A stretch of 64,000 bases of DNA. Source: Andalucia godoyi And28 (Eukaryota; Protista; Jakobida). The DNA lies in contig VRVR01000040.1 of NCBI GenBank assembly GCA_009859145.1, positions 35,211-99,210 of the forward strand, in the 5' to 3' direction. Of the stretch, positions 57,259 through 64,000 are shown piece by piece (position 1 is the first letter of the stretch; every line of letters starts with the position of its first letter). The notes below the pieces were generated by a model. The model worked only from the letters and a program-made list of their open reading frames with translations. It made no database searches and was not told where the DNA came from. The position numbers and the translations under genes were made by a program.

Positions 57259-57992
57259 TCACCCAAGTTTCCTCTTCAAAAGAGGATTTTTATCCAAAAG
57301 AGATTCGAGAGAGATGAACAAGAACAACAGCAGCAGCCACGAAGGAAGGAAAAAGTCAAATGGATGATCCGCCACAGTACCTTCCATGTGCACATACTCT
57401 TTGCGAAAATACGCAAACGAAGAAATGAGCAGCACATATCGAGAAAACCGCGGAATAAGATTCAGATGACGGCGCCAGAACGGCCGAACACGGCGAATGG
57501 AAACGAGCTCATCTCTCAAAGACCCAATCTCACGCTCCAATCTGCTTGTTTTTGCAAACTCGCGATTCAGTGAACTTGTCGCAAGATGCATTTCCAGCTC
57601 TGCGATTCGTTTTGCGATTGCATATTCCGTTGACGTATACTGTACACATGACAGAGCCCAGTGCAGTGCGAATGAGCAGCCGAACAACGCAAAGAAGAAG
57701 AAACCAACATAAACACCGAGAAACGCATAGTTGAGAAAAAGATACATTAACAATTGAACGCAAACAGGTTTTTGGTGCGAAATCATCACCACCATCCACA
57801 TCATAATTTAAAAAATGATGCACACCTCGAAAGAAGACGAGGAGGAGGAGGATGATGAGGATGAGGATGAGGAGACAGAACACATACCCGGAGCCTTTCC
57901 ACCACAATGCGTATCAGAACCAGACAACCAAGGAGCATGAGTGTGGCAAACCCAATGGAAATGGTTTGCACTGCAGATTCTTCTGACAGCAT
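57259..57992 (-). CDS. GET1: GET1/WRB-like tail-anchored protein insertase; 2 exons (57992-57888, 57639-57259), ~161 aa
   Basis: Phase-0 intron GTATGT (57887) ... GTACAG (57640). The spliced product is TM, then coiled coil (RIAELEMHLATSSLNREFAKTSRLEREIGSLRDEL, cf. the GET1 EFAKWA.L.R motif), then two TMs. Confidence 0.7.
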
Positions 57993-58004
57993 CTTTTTCT
58001 TTCC

Positions 58005-58205
<201 letters not shown>

Positions 58206-60317
58206 ATGCGATCGATGTCGGTTTCCATGGCGACAACCATGGTGTTTGCAACTGCAGTGTGTTTGGGGGTGTTTTTAACTGCAGTTGAGGGTGCGTGTTC
58301 GACGCTGACTATGGACGTTGCATCTGGAATGATGCAGGCCGCCTATACGTATGCACGAACTGCGCATCCTGCAGAGCGTTTTAGCTTTGTCATTCTTGAT
58401 TACAGAGGACTCCCGATATTCCAGATGCGCCAGGACCGCGCAAAGCTGGCGGGCGTGGATGTGGCCATGATGAAGGCTTACACTTCCTTTTCGTTTGGCG
58501 CTCCATCTGCGTTCCTGTCGGGGTTCGGAAACCCAAACTACCCGAACGGACCGGTGTTTCACATCGAATACCTTGGATTGGACAAGCCATTCATCTTCTT
58601 GGCCGGTGGCTTGCCGTTGAAAGATGCGACAGGTGCTCTGTGTGGTGCTGTGGGAGTGTCTGGCGCCACGGATCCTATGAGCGATGCAAACATTTCCGCG
58701 ACGGCCGTGAACGCATGGACTAACCAGGTGACAGCCACATCCGTTTCCGTAAATGCGTCCGTTGACCCGATTCTCTCTGAAGCATTGGCTCGCTCGAATA
58801 TGGCTGTGCAGTCTGCACTCAGCATGAACGAAAAGGTCGGCATCCTCGTCTGCGATGGCATGGGAACGACGTTGGCGTACAGAGCGTTGGACGGTGCTTC
58901 TGCCGTTTGCTACACTGGAACCATTGCGAAAAGCAGAAGTGTCTGGATGTTTGCTCCCGTCATTACTTCCAGTGGCGACTTTTTGCAGTACGTTCAGCCT
59001 TCCAGTCCGTATTATACGATTGACAAGCTGCCACTGCGGCCCTCAGGAATCGCTGGGGCAGTGGCGTTTTCAAGACAGCCTGGAAATGCTGTTGTTGGAG
59101 TCGTGTCGATATCTGGAAGTCCGCAGGCGCAAACCGATGAGACGATTGCAAGGGCTGCTACTGCCTCGGCGAGCACAATGCCCTCACTTCGTCTTGCTGT
59201 GAATCTGGCGTTGGGGGCAGTCGACACCGCCCTGCAGTACAGCATTGATCATCTGAAGTTTGCGGCGACGGCGGTAGTGGTCGATCGGAGCGGATACCCC
59301 GTTGCGTTCTATCGCATGGATGGTGCTGAACCTGCAATCGCAGACACGCTGCTGCGAAAGGCTCGGGCTGCTCTTGGATTCGGATTGCCAAATTCGGCGT
59401 TGAATTTCGCAGTGCGTCCTAATGCTGCGTATGGCTTGGACATGGTGAACGGTGGCATCGTAACGTATGATGGTGCTTCTCCGCTTTTCGATAGCGATGG
59501 AACCCTGATGGGAGCTATCGCAGTGTATTCGAAGGACGCGGATGGCGTCTTTAAGGATTCAATGGCCGCTGCGGCCGCTGCAAAGTTTAAAGCCGGATAT
59601 TCGTTGGCGATTGCGGACATGAAGGCAGTTTCCAGGCAGTCTGAAGTAACGCGCGTTGCTCCATTGTTTATCGGAGACTTGGCTGTTCCTCTACAGGCTC
59701 TTCACAATGCGGCTGCTAAATTCGATTCCAACGGAGTTGCATTTGTCGGTTTGGATGCTGCCGCACTGCTGAAACTTGCCGTTGTTTCGGAACAAGCACC
59801 GCTGGGTGCTGGACATGCTGCGTTGGGTGCAGCCCTGTTTACTGCGAACCTAGCTGAATCTCCTGCAAGCTTGAAAGCGCAGCTGAGCCCTTATTTGAAT
59901 CTTGCCTCCGGAATGGGCACTCTGTACACGCTGCTGCATAGCAACCCTGGCATGATTGCCATTCCTGGTAGTGCTGCCGTTGTGGATCAGTCCGGAGTAT
60001 TGCGAAGCGCGATTGGAATCTCTCGCGGAGACTTCAATGCGAACGTGGAAGGCACGCTCGCTTCGACTGCACAATCGGTCGTCGCTGAAATGATACCTGT
60101 GCTTCCCATCGACCCCGTGGACACAAGCTGCAGCTCCAGTAGCGGTGACAAGAAGTACACCGCAGGAGATATGGCCGGTCTTGCCTTTGGTATGCTTGCA
60201 CTGGCGTTTCTCATTTCAGGCACGATCTGTTTCGTTATCGTTCGCCGACTGCGGGCTCAGCTGTCGCAAGCGAAGACTGTCTCATCCGCCGACTATGTGA
60301 GATTCGCTCGAGCGTAA
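58206..60317 (+). CDS. Type I membrane protein with four tandem GlcG/HbpS (heme-binding-type) domains, ~703 aa
   Basis: Signal peptide; four repeats of the GlcG pattern (V-V/L-D-x-x-G...R.DGA...KA....GG.P....G...GA(V/I)G(V/I)SG...D..IA), the 4th degenerate; TM helix; tail ending YVRFARA. Confidence 0.85.
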   Translation: MRSMSVSMATTMVFATAVCLGVFLTAVEGACSTLTMDVASGMMQAAYTYARTAHPAERFSFVILDYRGLPIFQMRQDRAKLAGVDVAMMKAYTSFSFGAPSAFLSGFGNPNYPNGPVFHIEYLGLDKPFIFLAGGLPLKDATGALCGAVGVSGATDPMSDANISATAVNAWTNQVTATSVSVNASVDPILSEALARSNMAVQSALSMNEKVGILVCDGMGTTLAYRALDGASAVCYTGTIAKSRSVWMFAPVITSSGDFLQYVQPSSPYYTIDKLPLRPSGIAGAVAFSRQPGNAVVGVVSISGSPQAQTDETIARAATASASTMPSLRLAVNLALGAVDTALQYSIDHLKFAATAVVVDRSGYPVAFYRMDGAEPAIADTLLRKARAALGFGLPNSALNFAVRPNAAYGLDMVNGGIVTYDGASPLFDSDGTLMGAIAVYSKDADGVFKDSMAAAAAAKFKAGYSLAIADMKAVSRQSEVTRVAPLFIGDLAVPLQALHNAAAKFDSNGVAFVGLDAAALLKLAVVSEQAPLGAGHAALGAALFTANLAESPASLKAQLSPYLNLASGMGTLYTLLHSNPGMIAIPGSAAVVDQSGVLRSAIGISRGDFNANVEGTLASTAQSVVAEMIPVLPIDPVDTSCSSSSGDKKYTAGDMAGLAFGMLALAFLISGTICFVIVRRLRAQLSQAKTVSSADYVRFARA

Positions 60318-60691
60318 TTCCGACAAGTCGCACGCCTCGGGTTTTGTGTAATGTCTATAAACAAATACCGAATGTGCACTCGACGAGTTGTTATTGTTGT
60401 TGTTGTTGTTGTTTTTCTGTGTGTGTGCTGTGCGTCGCTTGAACCCGATGGAGTGGGAGTTGCTCCGACGTCTGACGTTATTCTTCACACTGTTGGAAAT
60501 TTTTGACAATGTGCACAGTACGTGTGAGAGAAACAAGACGAGGAAACTCCTCAACAAAAAAAGGGGGGAAATATATTAATAATCGAAGATTTTGATTTTG
60601 TTTTCATCTTATATAGGAATCGGGTTTGGTCGGGTTTGTTTTTTGTTGTTGTTTTTCTTTTTTTCTTTTTTTCTTTTTTTGAGAGGGCTTC

Positions 60692-62614
60692 TTACGGAGA
60701 CTGTGTGATGGCTTGCTCGGCATAAAACTGCACGTCCACATCCGCGTCTTGTCGCAATCTTTCCAGTACGGGTCGTACTTTCCCAGTAGCCTGAACAGGA
60801 GACACGTAAGGAAGCAGTGCGCCAAGTGTTCTGGCAACATTGAAACGCACATTGGGAACAGGGTCGCGAGAAAGTTTCTCGCCCAACAACGCAATGATCG
60901 GTCTAAATGAGGTCTCGTTCTGGAGCGCTCCTCGAGCACCGAGGATTGGTGCCAAGGAACGAATCAAAAACAAAAGAGTCATTCTATGCAAATAGTTCTG
61001 ATGACCTGCAAGCAGCTCGGATGCCCTGGGAACGAGCACAGAGTGTGCCCATTCTGTTCCGAAGTGCTTTTCGGCAACGGTTTTTGCCCCTTCAACTGCG
61101 GCTTCGCGAACAGAAAACACAACGTCTGAGAGCCACTGCAGAAGCAGTGGCATCAGCTTGTCATCGAAGAACGGACGACCGAGCTGAGCAGCGAGCAACG
61201 GCAGCTGGTCCACCGTGGCGAGCCTCACTCTCCATTGCTTATCTTCTGCAAGGTCGACGACAGCAGGCAACAGCGATTGGCTCAGTGCATCGACACCTAC
61301 TACAGCCTGAATGGCATCCAGCTTCGACAGCAAGTTCAGTCGAACTTCGTGGAAGTCGTCTCGCAACAGAGCCATGATCAGCGGAAACAGATGCTCCAAC
61401 GACAGCGCACGTCCCAAGACGGGGGCGATAATGGGAAGAGATCCAGCAAGCGCAGCTCTAACATGCTGCGACGGATCCACTACCAGTTCCCGGCAGGCCG
61501 GAAGAACATCTCGAGTAAAATATCCGAGCACAAATTCGTTGCCGGTCGGAGTGGCAGAGGGCGCAGGAGGGTTCGAACCCTGAGACGCTGAGAAAATCTG
61601 CAAAACATCCGCAAGTCGATTCGCGGCAGCAGTGCGCACCTCTGCTTCTGTATCCTTCAGCAGTCGCACAAAGTATGAAAGCACTTCCGACCGAAATGTT
61701 TCCATTGGCAGCGCCTTTCCAAGCTCTGCAAACTTGTCGGCGACCACGTACCGCACACGCCATGCGGCATCCGATCCACACATTTTGATGGTTGAGACCA
61801 CTTGCGTGAAAGCCGGTCCATTACTGCTACTACTACTGTTACTGCTGCTGTTCCCGCTACTACTACTGCTACTGCTGCTGTTGTTCTGTGAAAAAGCACG
61901 GGCCAGTGCAAGGGCTGCGTCGATCGCAAGCAACCTAACGGAGTCCTGGTCATCCCTTGCAAGCTTCGTGAACATTGGCAGCACATGCTGCGTTATCACG
62001 CTTCGTTCCTGCACGTTCGCCACCAAAACCGCCATCGCCGTGTATGCCGACCTGCGGACAACCGCCGTCACATCCTGACAAAGCGCCCCAAACGTCAACA
62101 TCAACTGCTCCCGCTCCGAGGAAGGCATTCCCGGCTTCAGCGGTGCAAGCAACGGGTACAAGTGGGCAACAAGCGCAGCAGCCGAGCACCGTGCCGCTTG
62201 CCAATCGCCCTGTGCCAGCCGTGCGAGAGCAGGCACCATGTGCGCCCGGATATCCGCAGGGCTCATCTGCAAAGCTACGGATCTCAACGACTCGACAGCA
62301 TGCTCGCGAACCACCGGCTCTTCGACGGACGCAAGCAGCACAAGCGGCTCTAGGAGAACATATGCATGTGACGGTCCGCCGACATACTGTACAAACTTTC
62401 CGAGCTCATCTGCCAGCGCAACCAGAACATCCTCCTCATCGTCCAAGGAATCAAGAAGAAACGGAATCAGTTCAGACCGAGTCCGCTCCGTGTCCAACGC
62501 GACAGCAATCGTCGAGAGCCGGCGAACCGAGTTCAGACGAAGAGCAATGTCCTCGTTCTTGAGCTCATCAATCAGTATCGCAATCGGGTACAAAGGATCG
62601 TCGCTTGCAGCCAT
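60692..62614 (-). CDS. PPP2R1A: Protein phosphatase 2A scaffold subunit A (PR65, HEAT repeats)
   Basis: DDPLYPIAILIDELKNEDIALRLNSVRRLSTIAVAL...RTRSELIPFL; DDQDSVRLLA; AWRVRYVVAD; KQWRVRLA; DPVPNVRFNVA. Confidence 0.97.
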   Translation of the reverse strand: MAASDDPLYPIAILIDELKNEDIALRLNSVRRLSTIAVALDTERTRSELIPFLLDSLDDEEDVLVALADELGKFVQYVGGPSHAYVLLEPLVLLASVEEPVVREHAVESLRSVALQMSPADIRAHMVPALARLAQGDWQAARCSAAALVAHLYPLLAPLKPGMPSSEREQLMLTFGALCQDVTAVVRRSAYTAMAVLVANVQERSVITQHVLPMFTKLARDDQDSVRLLAIDAALALARAFSQNNSSSSSSSSGNSSSNSSSSSNGPAFTQVVSTIKMCGSDAAWRVRYVVADKFAELGKALPMETFRSEVLSYFVRLLKDTEAEVRTAAANRLADVLQIFSASQGSNPPAPSATPTGNEFVLGYFTRDVLPACRELVVDPSQHVRAALAGSLPIIAPVLGRALSLEHLFPLIMALLRDDFHEVRLNLLSKLDAIQAVVGVDALSQSLLPAVVDLAEDKQWRVRLATVDQLPLLAAQLGRPFFDDKLMPLLLQWLSDVVFSVREAAVEGAKTVAEKHFGTEWAHSVLVPRASELLAGHQNYLHRMTLLFLIRSLAPILGARGALQNETSFRPIIALLGEKLSRDPVPNVRFNVARTLGALLPYVSPVQATGKVRPVLERLRQDADVDVQFYAEQAITQSP

Positions 62615-63041
62615 TTTCTGATTATCCGACAATAATAACACGCATCAATAACGAAAGACAAAGCAAATAAAACAAAACCCAAGACGAGTGTCAATTCGGG
62701 ATGGACAATAGAAGAGAAGACTGGGAAAATCGAACAGACTACCGAGCTAGGGTTGAGGTGTTTTGTATTCTGCTCCACCCACCCCAATCCTGTATTTTCT
62801 TTTGTTCTGCTCTTTTGGGTTGTAACGTTCATATTTTCCCCGAAAAGTCCCCGCATACAACAGCGGTGTGCACTGCGAAATGTGCTCCTGATGCCGATGC
62901 GTACTCTGCATTCTGCTGTATGAATTTCGTTGCTTCTTCTTTTCTCTTCATTTATTGTCAATCGTGATCTCACCAGGATTAGCACCAGATTAGGCCTTGA
63001 AGACGGAAGAGACCCAAAGGGAAAGAAAGAAAGAAAGAAGA

Positions 63042-63896
63042 ATGTCAGTGATTTTGGATCCGACAACCAAGAATGTGCAGTCTGAGTACAATGTTGTATC
63101 GCACAAGCATCCTCGGCATGTGTCCATTTTGGCGCACAGGTCGACGAATGTGGACATTCAGACTGTTCGGCCTTCTTCGTCCAAGGTCATTCATCCGCAC
63201 AACTACTTTGGCTCGACGTCGATTGCAACCGGCAAGGAAAACATTGCTGTGCAGCTGGAATCAGAGCGATCGAAGCACGAAATTGCCGAAAAAGAACGCA
63301 AGCTTCGAGAATTTCAAAGCCGAGTGGTGAAACGAGTGCACGAAAAGGTCGCTTCGGAAAAACTCAGCGAGTCTCTCGATGCTCTCAACGAAAGTATTGC
63401 AGTTCATGGAGAAGACACCCGACGCAGAATGAAAGAGTTTGAAGAGAAGCGAAAAGCAACCTTTAAAACAAAGTCTGCGCTGAAGCCCTCTTCTTCCCCA
63501 AAGGACAGCACATCGCTGTCTCCATCGCCACGGCAACAAGGAGAAGAAGAAGGAGTCGGAAGAAGAAGAAAGGCGCAGCATAGAGTCCGTATTCAGGAAG
63601 ATGGAAAAGAGGTGCTTCAAGTACATGCAGACTCGGATATGGTAGAACCCCCGCAACCATGTGCCGTTGTTCCGGAGCCGACGGTCGTTCATAAGCTGCA
63701 AAGGACTGCGACTGCGACTGCGACCGCGACCGCGGATCTTCAGCTCATTGCGGAAATGTGTTCGCACAATAATGATGGCGCTGATGATGTCGATAGCGCG
63801 CATCTATTCGGAGCATCATCACGGTTGCTGATGCGGGTTCGACGAGAAGCGGATTCGCTGTTTTCTCGATTGTCATTCGATACACTTCGTCTGTAA
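63042..63896 (+). CDS. Hypothetical coiled-coil protein, weakly CCDC15-like; may continue via an intron
   Basis: ATG at 63042; EKERKLREFQSRVVKRVHEKV resembles the conserved CCDC15 helix from memory. Confidence 0.5.
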   Translation: MSVILDPTTKNVQSEYNVVSHKHPRHVSILAHRSTNVDIQTVRPSSSKVIHPHNYFGSTSIATGKENIAVQLESERSKHEIAEKERKLREFQSRVVKRVHEKVASEKLSESLDALNESIAVHGEDTRRRMKEFEEKRKATFKTKSALKPSSSPKDSTSLSPSPRQQGEEEGVGRRRKAQHRVRIQEDGKEVLQVHADSDMVEPPQPCAVVPEPTVVHKLQRTATATATATADLQLIAEMCSHNNDGADDVDSAHLFGASSRLLMRVRREADSLFSRLSFDTLRL

Positions 63897-63968
63897 AAAA
63901 ACCGACCGATCCTTTTTATATATATTTTTCCGTTTTATCTTGCTTTTCCTTTTCCTAACTATGCTTTA

Positions 63969-64000
<32 letters not shown>

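Overview
Gene-dense, intron-poor nuclear DNA of a unicellular eukaryote: standard code, short GT-AG introns with GTATG-type donors, roughly 50% GC coding sequence, AT-rich microsatellite-laden spacers. The organism cannot be identified from the window. I count about 25 protein-coding genes, 20 of them in 10 head-to-head pairs. Housekeeping genes: Sec8 (partial), 3R-MYB, proteasome beta1, mitochondrial class II fumarase, RPN6 (4 exons), alanyl-tRNA synthetase, tyrosine aminotransferase, GET1/WRB-like and PP2A-A. Less expected content: (i) two different Fanzor/TnpB-family relics in convergent intergenic gaps, namely an internally deleted Fanzor1-like element with a structured omegaRNA-like 3' end (~16.1-17.0 kb) and a frameshifted Fanzor2/IS607-TnpB-like pseudogene (~42.8-43.2 kb); (ii) a type I membrane protein with four tandem GlcG/HbpS (heme/cobalamin-binding-type) domains and a YxxF tail; (iii) a block bracketed by two paralogous Zn2Cys6-PAS transcription factors that holds an F-box gene, a TLDc+IFI44-like GTPase and a divergent partner with a possible TIR/flavodoxin-like domain; (iv) an Ask1 (Dam1/DASH)-like protein with repeated CDK-site motifs. 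All family assignments are motif recognition by eye, not database results.
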